From Eledone cirrhosa (Eukaryota): DNA of 64,000 nt. Made by a program: the position numbers and the translations under genes. Positions 12,791 through 27,107 of this stretch are shown piece after piece (positions within the stretch are counted from its first letter, which is position 1; each line of letters begins with the position of its first letter). The stretch lies in the NCBI GenBank assembly GCA_964016885.1, contig OZ024742.1, positions 366,854,001-366,918,000 of the forward strand, read 5' to 3'. The notes under the pieces are model-generated. The model did no database searches. It was not told where the DNA came from and saw only the letters and a list, made by a program, of their open reading frames with translations.

Positions 12791-14171
12791 ATATATATAA
12801 GGTTTGAGTTTAATTAAAATACAATTTTAATGGTTCCTAGAGGAGGGGTGTAGTGCTTATGATGATTTCTAATACCTCTAAAACTGGAGAAGGTTTCGGC
12901 AAGCCAGAACACAAAGATATGAGACAAATACGGTTTGACCTTCTAATGATTTGTCATTTTACTGACCTAGATTTGTAGTTTATCATGTCAGGAAGGAAAA
13001 AGGAATCATTTAATATGCCGGGTCTTGAACTCGGCATGCCAGTCACTGAAACAAATATCACAAGGTATTCTGTCTGGTGTTCTAACGAAACTAATTCCCT
13101 GCCTTATACCCGTTGCCTTGCATCCATCGCCCAGTTATTCAATGCTACCGTGGTTGACAAGAAATATAACATCACGTAACGGGTGAACTGTACTCTATAT
13201 AGAATTTATTCTCCGCCATACGGATTAGGCCTTGGAAAGTTAAGTACTGATATTTCAATATAGAAGGAAATCATATGATTTTATGAATAGCAATGAAGAT
13301 ATGAGAGAGGTTTTGGATAAAATCTACTTCACACAGATGAGACTAAGCTTGAGTGAAAGTTAAAACATCCAGAAATAATGATAATGTAAGAAGCTTCTCG
13401 AATATAGTCGATTAAATTAAGGATTTTAACTGAGAATTTATATAATCCAGACACGGGATTTTTCTCTCAATAATAATATATTGCTGATATAAAGGCAATA
13501 CAATTGAACAGTGGGTTGTATGTTGGTATGGAATATCAAGGTAGGTATAGTGAATGTACGTAACTTAGTGGCTAGTGTGTTCAGTTTACTACGGTTAGGT
13601 TGTGAGCAGGATTCTTTGTAGTATGTTGTGTCCTTGAGCAAGATATTTTATTTCAGGTTGCTCCAGTCAAATGAACTGAAGAAAAGTTGTACCTGTAATT
13701 CAAAATGAACCAGTCTTGTGAATGAGGTACATACACTGGGTCGTGATGAATCTCCCTGAAAAACTACATTATGAATACACGTGTCTTTGGAATGCTCAGT
13801 CACTTGCACGTCAGTGTCATGAGCAAGCTATAAAATTATTCGAACAACTGGAACACACTTCCGTCGAAACCGACGGAGGATCAACTAGTACAATTTAACC
13901 AGATAAAGATTATTTTGTGAAATTCACATGGTTTGGAACAGAAAAATCAATAAGACCATTGAAAGCTTTACAACTTCACAAACACTGTTTTAGATTATAT
14001 CCTATGGTTTGGAATATTTTTCAAGACATCTACATTGCATCTCATCTCTTTTTATTTGTTAGAGCTTTCTATTTGTGCCAATACTTTGGTACAATCTTGA
14101 AACCATGCAAGAACTCTATAAATATTCAACATTATATAGATAATGTTATATATATATATACATATATATAC

Positions 14172-14868
<697 letters not shown>

Positions 14869-14901
14869 AAATGTGTGTAATCCTTGGTACAGTTAGGTAT
14901 C

Positions 14902-14987
<86 letters not shown>

Positions 14988-14989
<2 letters not shown>

Positions 14990-15103
14990 TAAGTTATTCC
15001 GGGCTGAATCGGAGGTAACCACAGTAACTCAATACATAGCAGAGTATAAATGTTTTAATATAGAAGAGCTTCTACAGGACTAGAACTGTTTCATTCGTGA
15101 GAA
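14988..15103 (-). mobile_element. Family F Penelope-derived 3' end
   Basis: Matches 50760-50837 plus the reverse complement of 50966-51018. Confidence 0.7.
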
Positions 15104-15398
15104 TTCAATTCAGTCTATAATATTTTTAGAAGTGGAAGGATCACTAATTTCTCAACAACTACTGAGGAGCAGAGAAAAGAGTGGACTTCACTTAATAAGA
15201 TGTTGCGAAACAGTCTCCAAAAGTGTATAGTTGTTACCAGGCTATTGTCCAATATAGGTCTGTTATTTTCCTTAATTTAAAATTAAGTCTGACAAACCAT
15301 ATTGCTGTAGTTAGTATTTTCCCCCCTAGCAACGTTGGTCCTTACGATTCGAACACATGTATGTTTATATTAGTGTTCATCTCTGTTCTTTATTCAAT

Positions 15399-15484
<86 letters not shown>

Positions 15485-15574
15485 CGCTACAGAGGCAGTG
15501 ATGAAGAGTATACGTGGTGAAAGACAGAAAGTAGGAAAGAGCAAATTATATAGAATATAGTATTGAAATCGAAT

Positions 15575-15605
<31 letters not shown>

Positions 15606-15956
15606 AAAACATACCTAGATAATTACATACAAATATCGACATGCACCTACACACACACACACATATAGACATACACAGATACAGAGATAGGCATAGATAT
15701 GTAGATACCTTTAAATTGGTATTTTAGTCTGAAATATCAAGTTAGTTTGTCTAGCAAACATTTAACTTTATATCCAATTATATTGGCGAGACTCAGGCTA
15801 GACGCCATTATTATATCGAAGGTGTTACATTCTGGGCAACAGTTAGAACTTTACTTTATGTATACAAATAATAGTGGACATACCATGTATCTGTTATATA
15901 TATATATATAGTAATAATAATAAATGTGAAGACTATATATATATAAATTGTAAGTG

Positions 15957-15991
<35 letters not shown>

Positions 15992-16183
15992 CTATCGTTG
16001 CTCTGGTATACATATTGTGTGTTAGTTTAGCCTACCACAATGTTCGATTTGTCAAGCTTTTTAAACGTATGTTATTACTCTAAGGACCTATCTTATCGAG
16101 TGCTTTGCTAACTCATCATTTCATATAAGTAGGCCGAATTCACTTGCAAACCGCCAGAGATTCGATTTTACTGATTTCCAATT

Positions 16184-16591
<408 letters not shown>

Positions 16592-16775
16592 GTATGTATG
16601 TATGTATAATCATCAAGCAGTGTAAATGATTATAAGGCAGGCGTTGCTCGTTAATTCGGATTTGCATCGCGGAAAAATAAGCTGAAAGCTCTATAAAATA
16701 AAAACATGGTTGATAATGTTTGATTTGTTCTCTCTCTCTCTCTCTCTCTCTCTCCATCTCCCTCTCTCTCTCTCC

Positions 16776-16809
<34 letters not shown>

Positions 16810-18034
16810 GTTAAATGACTTCTTTGAAAATGTGTAGCACGGGGATTTTATTCAGCTCGGTATTCTTTCCCTGCCTCCTCCTCACTCTACTATATATATC
16901 TTTCAGTCTCTATCTCTCTCCCTCTCTCTCTCTATCTATCTATCTTTCGCTCAACATGGCTGAAGTTTTTCCGCCATCCTGCTCCTTTCTAAACACCAAT
17001 GTTCAATCTACTCCGACATTCCTTTCTATTTTGTCGAGAATAAAAATATAAACAAAATATCTAATAAAATGAAATAAATTAAATCTACTTTTCTACATTC
17101 TAATAAAGAAGATAAATGGCTTAGTGGTCTATTATTAGTGTCTAACGACCCATGTTTTATGAAAATTATCTAAAAAAATATAGATACATAGAAAGCTATA
17201 AAGGGAAAAGACAAAACATTTTTCCATTCTTCTACCGATCTTACCGACCAAATCGAATGAAAATATAAAAGTGTTTTTCATTAAATTGTTGCAGCTTTTC
17301 CTATGTGAAATTTATCTCCATATTATCTCCCTGTATTCATTCAGATTATATTTTTAGGCTAGATTCGCATCCTCTCATTCCAACCTGATTGCTGTTGTTT
17401 TTGTTTACTTTCGTAAAATAAGATATGTTTAAAATATATCGCTCTGCTCTGAATTTAGAGCTAGGTAGGCGTCCAAACTAAGATCGTGACATATTTCTTA
17501 ATTTCTTTAGAAATCTCCATCAAATAGTGTTTTTTGAGTAAAACGAAGGAAGTTCTGTAGAAAGTAAATTCCACTACCGAGTTTCATACCTGGATGGAAT
17601 CATATTAGCATCCCGTATCTCAAAACTAGGTTGTCTCAATGCATAAAAATAGAAAGGGGCCCTTAAATTCTGATAGTCATAGGGTCGCTGTCCTGACAAA
17701 GTGTGTCGTGAATTTAAACCTGCCAGAGTCGATCGTTCTCTAGGTCTGAACACAACCGATTTCTAATAGATAGAAGAGAGTGAAAAAGAGATATAGAGGT
17801 AGAGTTGACTCCAGTACTGGGCGGATACTTCCTCTTCACCTCAGTGGGAACTCCAGCTATTTAATCCACCGTCCTCACACATCACTCACTTTACTGCTTT
17901 CCATAAAAACAGGCGACATATCTTCACTATCAAGTTACATATATCTTCTGGTTAAACATGACATATTTAACCTGAGAGAAATAGTCAACTCTCCCTCACT
18001 TTAGACACTACCGTCTTATAACATAGAACACGTG

Positions 18035-18955
18035 TAATTATATAGTGCTTGTTAGAACACATGTGACTATGTAGTCCATGTTATAACACATGTGACTATA
18101 TAATCCATGTTAGAACATATGTGACTATGTAGTCCATGTTAGAACACATGTAGCTATATAATCCATGTTGGAACACATGTGACTATGTAGTCCATGTTAG
18201 AACACATGTGGCTATGTAGTCCATATAAGAACACATGTGACTATATAATCCATGTTAGAACACATGTGACTATGTAGTCCATGTTAGAACACATGTTGCT
18301 ATATAATCCATGTTAGAACACATCTGACGATGTAATCCATGTTAGAACACATGTGGCTATGTAGTCCATGTTAGAACACATGTGACTATATAATCCATGT
18401 TAGAACACATGTGACTATGTAGTCCATGTTAGAACACATGTGGCTATATAATCCATGTTAGAACACATGTTACTATATAATCCATGTTAGAACACATGTG
18501 ACTATGTAGTCCATGTTAGAACACATGTAGCTATATAATCCATGTTAGAACACATCTGACGATGTAATCCATGTTAGAACACATGTGGCTATATAATCCA
18601 TGTTAGAACACATGTGACTATATAATCCATGTTAGAACACATGTGACTATGTAGTCCATGTTAGAACACATGTGGCTATATAATCCATGTTAGAACACAT
18701 CTGACGATGTAGTCCATGTTAGAACACATGTGGCTATGTAGTCTATGTTAGAACACATGTGGCTATGTAGTCCATGTTAGAACACATGTGACTATATAAT
18801 CCATGTTAGAACACATGTGACTATGTAATCCATGTTGGAACACATGTGGCTATGTAGTCCATGTTAGAACACATGTGGCTATATAATCCATGTTAGAACA
18901 CATGTGACTATGTAGTTCATGTTAGAACGCATGTGACTATGTAGTCCATGTTATG
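18035..18955. repeat. 29-bp minisatellite, about 32 copies (TAGAACACATGTGACTATGTAGTCCATGT)
   Basis: Period 29 read directly. Confidence 0.95.
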
Positions 18956-20531
18956 TAGAACATGTTTGGTAATAGTTCTGCTTGATTCTAATTAACTTTG
19001 AGGTAAACAGCAACCAGTAATAAAACCTGATATATGTGCTTGAAGTGTGGTTGTCAGAATATGTTGTTTGTTATTATCGCTAATGTACGTTGATTATATA
19101 ATTGACTGTATATTATAGACCAGTGGTGCCGAAACCATGTTCCATGGCACATTACTGTGTAATTTGAAGTGCCACGAAGGAACACAATTCTATTTTGAAA
19201 TGTGAAAAATATATATTGAAATTGGCATAAAGTTCATATGTAACTGACAACGAGGTACCAACTAAACTAAAGGTGAAATCATTGCCGAAGACTGCAAGTA
19301 AATTATATTTATTGATAACTTTGATCTATTTATTGACTAAAGAAGGAATTACGAATATATTTTCTGTATCTACATCTCTATTTTATACTATATTAATGTG
19401 TAAAGATTAGAGGCACGCCGCCTAGCGGTAAATGTGGGAGTTAGATTATAATGTCGTGGGTTCGATTCCTGGACAGAGAATCACGTTGCTCCTGTACAAT
19501 CAGCTAAAAATGAGTACTAGCACTAAGTGGGGTTTAACACTATCATCCTATCCAAGAGAAAGTCTTGTACTCATAGTTGCTTAACATCACTGAAACCGTG
19601 ATAAACAACAGGCTCGAGAGAGACCCTAGGCTTCAGAATATGTGTAAAGACTTCTTTACAATAAATATCCGAATTTCGGTGTAAAGGGCGGCAAATATGT
19701 TTGTTCTAAAGTGCGAGAGAGTAACAGAAGTTTCAGGAATCACTGTTGCGAATGTTTACTACTGACTGAAGAATCACCAACAGGTTTCACGCTATTTCTA
19801 TCCACACTTTTACATTCCGTGTTAAAATCCCACCCAGATCACATCAACCTCCTAACTCATAGGACTTGATAAAATAAAGTACCAGCTAAGATAACTGGAT
19901 CGGTAGAGCATCGGAGGAGATGATCTGCGATATTCCGACTATTTACGTTGGGAGTTCTTGAGAGGCAGGTATATCCATCACCCGGTTCAACATCTATATT
20001 TGCTGCTTTTAAGAATGGTTCAATCTATTGCAAGCATTCGCAACGTACGATTTCGGTTTACGTAGAACATCCTTCCTTCCACACATTAACCTGGGAAACC
20101 CATGAAAAAATAAAGTACCACCTATACTACTTTACCATTGACTGTAGAAAATATTGAACTCGTGCATGGACATAAAGCAGAAATGAGTTTGTAGACTCTG
20201 GAATCTGCCAAAATAGAGTCACTCTGGAAGGAATTTCTATATTGGTGAGAGAAAAGGAGAGCAGTGGTGATAGCTGCAACACTGACATTTAACACTTGAA
20301 CGATTATATTATTTCTGAATATATATATATATATATAGTTATACTTGGGGAGGGTCATATTTGCGTAATATTGCCAGAATTAATAACAGAACACACTCAC
20401 TGTTTGGTTGGTTTTCGCTTCTCGCTGTCTTTTATATCTGCGATCTAACTTACTCGGTCCTCAATGTTGCCATTGACTGAATCAGTGAGTGCAACAAAAA
20501 CAGGAGACTATCCAACTGCATAATAGGCAGC

Positions 20532-21584
20532 ATGGATGTGGTGTCACTGTACCCATCCATTAACATTGATTTTGCTGTGAAAAGATGTGTGGAGATGATC
20601 ATTGAGAGTGAGGTGGAGTTCTGCGACGTCGACACAGACGAACTGGGCCCCCTACTTAGACTTACCTACGACACTGACTACCTAGACAGCCATGACCTTA
20701 GATGTTTCTGCCCTAGTAGACCTATAAGAGGTAGACCCCCCACCATAACCTCAATGGCTAAAAAGACTCCCATAGGAAGGTGGATTGGGTGGACCAAAGC
20801 TATACGGACCCCCCAAAACACTGATCAGGTAAGAAAAATGGTCGCACATGCAATAGGGGCTAGTATCAAAACTACCCTAAAGGGCCACATATTTAAGTTC
20901 AATGAGAAAATCTACACCCAAAATGAGGGAGCAGCCATCGGCGTCAGCATAGCTGGTGATGTTGCCAACCTTTTCATGGTATGGTGGGAAAGGAGACTTA
21001 AAGATCTCCTTAATGAAAGCTCCATAGACCTCATCATGTACTCTCGTTATGTAGACGATATCAATATAGTTATAAGAACACCCCCACTAGAGAGCACTAA
21101 CAAGTTTGATTTAGAACGTAGCACAATGGAAAGCATCCAGCAGATAGCTAATTCCATACACCAGAGTATAACTGTAACTATCGACTTCTCTTCCAAACAC
21201 CCTAACAATAAACTACCTGTATTAGACACAGAACTCTGGATTAACACTATAGACGAGAGAGCCCAAATTCTCCACTCACACTATGCTAAACCCATGGCCT
21301 CCAAATACCTGATACTCAAAAACTCAGCAATGTCCAGTAGTGCTAAGTTTAATATTCTGATCGCAGATTTGGTACGAGTGATGAAGAATGTGTCCAGCAT
21401 GTGCGACCCAACAGAAATGGAAAGACACATCCAACACTTCATCAACCGCATGCAGTTCTATGGCTACAACCAAAGAGACAGAGTCAGAGTATACGAAGGA
21501 GCCATGGAAAAGTATAAGACCCTCATAGAACTGGATATGAAAGGAATTTGCCCACTATACAGGAGCAAATCATGGATAGCTTAG
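20532..21584 (+). pseudogene. PLE1 reverse transcriptase (N-truncated, frameshifted near 21580)
   Basis: DVVSLYPSI, GAAIGVSIAGDVANLFM, YSRYVDD and LPVLD motifs. Confidence 0.9.
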
Positions 21585-22204
21585 ATAGGGCTAGACATAA
21601 GATAGGGAAGGCCACATCATGGTACGACAACCAAAGATATCAGAGTGTCATGTTTGTGGACGCCACCCCTGGAGGAAAATTAGCTAACCAGTGTAGAAAG
21701 GCCCTGAGAAAGACCCACTTAAAAATAAAGGTGGTAGAAAAGCCAGGAACCACCATAAAATCCCTGATCAGCAAAACCTACCCTTTTAAGAAAACCCACT
21801 GTACCAATAGGAAATGTATCATATGTAAGGTGAACCCCCGGATAAACTGTAAAACTAGAAACGTAGTCTATAGCATAAGATGTACAGAGGGTACTTGCAG
21901 AAACATGACAACAACATACATAGGTGAAACAGCTTTTAGCATAGGTGAAAGGATAGACCAACACTGGGGGGAACTAAAAGGACGAAAAAACGGGTCAGTA
22001 CTATACGAATATGCTAGACAACAACATGACGGTAACATAGACAGCATAGAAATTAGAATAATATCTCAACATAGGAATGACCCAGCAGATAGGCAAATCA
22101 GAGAGGCCAGTGAAATAGAAATTAGAAGACCAAAGCTAAACAGAAAGAATGAGTGGAACAACAACAACACCCAAACAAACAACACTGACCTAAGAGAAGT
22201 ATAA
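21548..22204 (+). pseudogene. PLE1 Zn-knuckle + GIY-YIG endonuclease
   Basis: CTNRKCIIC, NVVYSIRC...YIGET, RQIREA and PKLN motifs. Confidence 0.9.
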
Positions 22205-22492
22205 ATAAGTAAATAAAATAAAATAATATAAGATAAATAAATACATACACAAGCACAATAACAACAAGCACAATAACAACAAGCACATAAACACACACTA
22301 GTCACCCAGCAGACACAACACTATATACACTAGTCACACAGCACACATAACACTATACACACACGCAAACGCATGCGCAAAGAAGACAAAATAAAATAAG
22401 ATAAACAAACAAGCAAATAAATAAATAAATATATAGACAGACTGAATAAAAAATGGCGTAGACATACAACACAACAGGAGGAACAAAGAATA

Positions 22493-22566
22493 TAACACCA
22501 CTGACGATGTTGCAGATGTGCAACGAAAGATTTATGTAAATTATGTAAACTATATATATGTGTTTG
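22493..22566 (+). ncRNA. Candidate hammerhead ribozyme in the PLE1 pseudo-LTR
   Basis: CTGACGA at 22501, stem II GTTGCA/TGCAAC, GAAA at 22525, AG..CT-A stem III; stem I is imperfect. Confidence 0.5.
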
Positions 22567-22804
22567 TTTCTATATTGTATCTGTATTATTTTTGACCGTC
22601 GGTCAGTCAATGGCAACATTGAGGACCGAGTAAGTTAGATCGCAGATATAAAAGACAGCGAGAAGCGAAAACCAACCAAACAGTGAGTGTGTTCTGTTAT
22701 TAATTCTGGCAATACTACGCAAATATGACCCTCCCCAAGTATAACAATATCTGTTTCGACACACGATTTCATATAAAAAACCTCGCTAAACTAATTCATC
22801 GCCG

Positions 22805-22909
<105 letters not shown>

Positions 22910-22941
22910 TGTGTATATATATATATGTATGTGTGTATATA

Positions 22942-22986
<45 letters not shown>

Positions 22987-23060
22987 ATATATATATATAT
23001 GTATATGAAAGACGTAAAATAAGAAAATTATAAAAATTAACCTACTTACTATATGTATAT

Positions 23061-23120
<60 letters not shown>

Positions 23121-23143
23121 GTATATATGTGTATATATATATA

Positions 23144-23202
<59 letters not shown>

Positions 23203-23206
<4 letters not shown>

Positions 23207-23573
23207 TAGAAAGTGAGGGTTTTTTTTTACAAAATGAAAAATAACCGAGGTGTCCTACACGAGTGAAAGTATAAAGAAAAAAAGATGAAATCGAAAATGC
23301 AACTGGAGTCTTATTTAAAAAAAATATATATATATTTATTTGTTTCCTTTACCGGTTTCGCAGTTCTTCTGCTTTTTAAAAGTAGATTTGAGTTGGAGGG
23401 TCTGTGGTTTTTCTCACATCTGATGTGAGAAAAACCACAGACCCTCCATCTCAACTCACCTTTTGAAAAGCAGAAGAACTGCGAAACCGGTAAAGGAAAC
23501 AAATAAATATATATATATTTTTTTTAAATAAGACTCCATTTGCATTTTCGATTTCATCTTTTTTTCTTTATAA
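23203..23573 (-). mobile_element. Family E fold-back mini-element
   Basis: About 150-bp arms 23270-23420/23422-23572 with a 1-nt centre, tail 23203-23269; second copy at 32303-32508. Confidence 0.8.
23459..23496 (+). ncRNA. Minimal hammerhead ribozyme, U3-A8 core variant
   Basis: CCTT-TTGAAAA-GCAG(AAGAA)CTGC-GAAA-CCGG-TA-AAGG; all three stems pair. Confidence 0.65.
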
Positions 23574-23647
<74 letters not shown>

Positions 23648-24104
23648 ATATATATATATCATAAAGTTTCATACGCTAAACATGTATGTACGACCATTGG
23701 TTTCGGTGTCCACTTCTGGCCACCACTGTATAGTGGAGAAGGTGATTCTAAACTGGCGTCTCATTATGGTTCGCTACATGTCGGTTATTTCATGTTATTT
23801 CACATGTAGGATTTTCCGTTGATCGAACAATTGGAACAGACATCGTCGGAGCCGCCAGAGCATCTAACAACAGTTTTAACAGTAACACAACCCCTTTATA
23901 TTACAAAATTATAATTCAGATATAATAAGGTTTTCATGCTCTTCCGTAACTCCTGATGGAGTGGTAAGGTTGCCGGCATATGGAGTGTGTTGGACATGTT
24001 AGCCTGGTGGAGCCGATCACTCTGAAGGAACACAGCAGATTTCTTCCAGAGAAAGAAAGTGAGGGAGTTGAAATGAGAAAGATATAGATGAAGAATTGAC
24101 CTCC

Positions 24105-24252
24105 CAGTTCTTGACTTGTACCTTTTTATCGATCTCGAATGGATGAAAGGCAAAGTTGCCCTAGGTGGGATTTGAACTAAAAGAGAGCAGAGCTGGAATG
24201 AATACCACAAAGTATTTTATCCGACGCTCTAACGACTCAGCCTATTCGCCGT
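24105..24252 (-). mobile_element. Older SINE copy
   Basis: GATGAAAGGCAAAGTT...GGATTTGAACT core. Confidence 0.6.
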
Positions 24253-25192
24253 ATAATTATCGAATACATTATCAATAAGAAGAGAAAATAAAAACAGGGA
24301 AGATCGCACGGAAATTGTTGAGAACAATATCGATTAAAAAATAGATGATGTCCGAATTAGAGGAACTGGAAAGTGAGAGAAATTAAAGTGCTATTTCTGA
24401 ATTGATTTGACATTATATTTGTGAAATTGTTTATAAAACAGCTGCAAGAGCAATAAGAAAAACGACTACAATAATAAGAAAAACATCATTGATTACAAGA
24501 ATATCAAAAATCATCAATAAATATAAAAATTTGCAATCAAACAGTTTGCAAACTTATTTACAAACATTAAGAATTGATATTTATCTTCAATAAGTGACAT
24601 TAAAAATCTTGTGAAGAAAGGGAAAACAAGAAAACCAGTGATAGTGGTTATGTCTGTAGATTAATTGAGATTTTAAAATGTGGTTTGGAAGAATAGTTAC
24701 AAATGGTTGTATAATAAAAGAGAATGGAATCCATCGGAAGTGGCATTACTTCAAATAAACACTTCTATCTATTTAAATGTTATTTCAGTAATGGAGGGAA
24801 AACTTTTTGCATGCATCTAAACTGACAATTTGTCGAGATGACTCCCACGTAATATCTCGTATATTTGCATTAAATTCATAGACGTGTGTATATATCTCTA
24901 TATATATATATCACATGCATAGACGTGTGATTATCTATCTATCTATCTATCTATCTAAACCAATCTAGCTGTCGTCTGTTCTACAGTGTGGATGTCATTC
25001 ACTTCGCACAGAAGTTTTGTTCAAATTTATTGAGGAAATTTTGTGAGTTCAAAACTTAATTTTGATACAATTGTGTAGCTTGACCCTCCGTCTGAACTGT
25101 CAGGCGGTGGGTCAGCTCATCTTTACCCCTCCTAGAGGTGAAAAACCTGTTTTAAAAAATTTTGTGTAAAAAATTTCAATCGTCTAACAGAA

Positions 25193-27074
25193 ATGTTAAA
25201 CGCAGCGAACGAAAATAGTGGTGGGGGGACAGCGGTAAGAGTTGTAAGCTCGCACGCTTTAGTCCTCCCTTCCTTCCCAACTAACGTCATAGAGAAGGAA
25301 GGAAAAATGAAAATAAAAACGGACGAATCTGCGGAGGAAAAAAAATTAAATGACGAAAACAACGAAAAAAAAAAATTTGAAAAATTGCATGACAATACTA
25401 ATAACACAAACAAAGACACAACAAACAAAAAAATAACAGTTGAAAATAACATCATATCAGAAAACAAAGCAGACGACAAGATTTCTTTTGCACAGAAAAC
25501 AAAGAAATCTTTGACTTATATAGCGGAAAACATTTCAGATGTGGTACGAAGGATCACGGACGCAAAACAATACATAAGTGAAGGTGAGAATGGTATTTTA
25601 TTGGTAAAAATGCCTCAAGAATTCACGAAAGACATTGAAAGCCGAACGGTCAAGTTTCGGACCATCAACAACAGTACAAAAAAACCTGAACAGCCTTCTC
25701 AAGCAGATATCAAAACAGTACTCGCAGAAGTACTGAATGAAACAACTTTCATAAGAAAAGACAGACTGTATGGAAGCCTAGCAATTATCATGAAGAACGA
25801 ATCGGCGGCAAAAAAATGTGCTTTGTCACCGATTCGTTCGAAAAATTTCACCTTTTATCCATCTTATATGGGAAAAAAAACTCAACGCATATGGCTGGAT
25901 GCAATGATGCCAGATGTGGACTACTGCTGGCTCATAGCTGGCTTCATCGATCCAGTGAATGACAACGTGATTTCCATTGGGAAAACCACAGGCAATGCGT
26001 TCAGTGGAACAGGTATAGAGCTGGTAGTACAAATGAAGCCTGAACGCATCGCCCAAATACCCGACAGAATCCTATTAGAGGACCACGGGTATATAAACAT
26101 TAGCGTGGAGGGGAGAAGGCCGTCCTGCCATATCTGTGCAGGCAGAGGGCACCTGAAGGCCGCTTGTCCACAACTCAACAAAAAGAAAACTCTGCTACCA
26201 ACACCAGCTCCACCACCACCACCACAACAGATAAACAAACAACAAAACTCAGTCCCACCCAACCCGTCCCTCAGTAACACCACAACACCACCACAACACA
26301 AACAGTCACAACACATTACCCCAAAACAAAATACAGGCCCACCCAACCTCTCACTCAATAAAACAACACAACCACCGCAGACACAACACACAACACAGTC
26401 TAACATAGTGACATCCATCTCCCCCACAAAGAAAACCAACACGGAAACATTACCAGCAAACATACCTCTTCCCTCCAACACTGAAGATAACCCAACGAAT
26501 TCGGAGGAAGAAACGGAGTCCTTCAGACAGATTAAAAGGAAAAAAAAGAAAACATGTGCAAAACACACAAGGACAAACAACCCCCACCCAAATCGCAACA
26601 CAATCTAACAAAACAGAAAACACCCCTCCAGCAACAAACAAAACCAAACCTGCCCCTCCCCTCTTCGAAACACTCACACCATCGGAAAAAAAGACATTAC
26701 ACTATACTTACATCAACAGAAACAATAATAAATTAAATGAACTCATATACAATAATCCTTCGGTACAAACCGAAGGTGTAAACTTTGTTTCATCAGAAAA
26801 CCACCCACATTTAAAACTAATAAAAATCCCAATGAACCTCTACCAAAAACTAAAAAAGGATTTTAAGGAGGACGTAGGACCACCCTCTGTCAAACCCATA
26901 AACCGCGTCCTACTAAAAAGCTTTCCCCCTCCCCTTCCCCTCCCCAACACAACTCCAAACACCCCAACCCCACCACACACCGACGACCCCACACCACCAC
27001 AAGACACCCCTTCACCCAACACCCCCGACCCCATGGAAGTCGTGCAACCCGAACCCCGGGAAGCGGAAAGGTAG
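25193..27074 (+). CDS. LINE ORF1 (gag-like, CCHC knuckle), split by an apparent frameshift near 26540-26555
   Basis: CHICAGRGHLKAAC knuckle and P/T/Q-rich tail; overlapping ORF 26556-27074 continues after A-runs and ends 33 bp before ORF2. Confidence 0.8.
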
Positions 27075-27107
27075 GTCTCTACACTCTCCTTTGGCTCTGC
27101 CGCCCAC

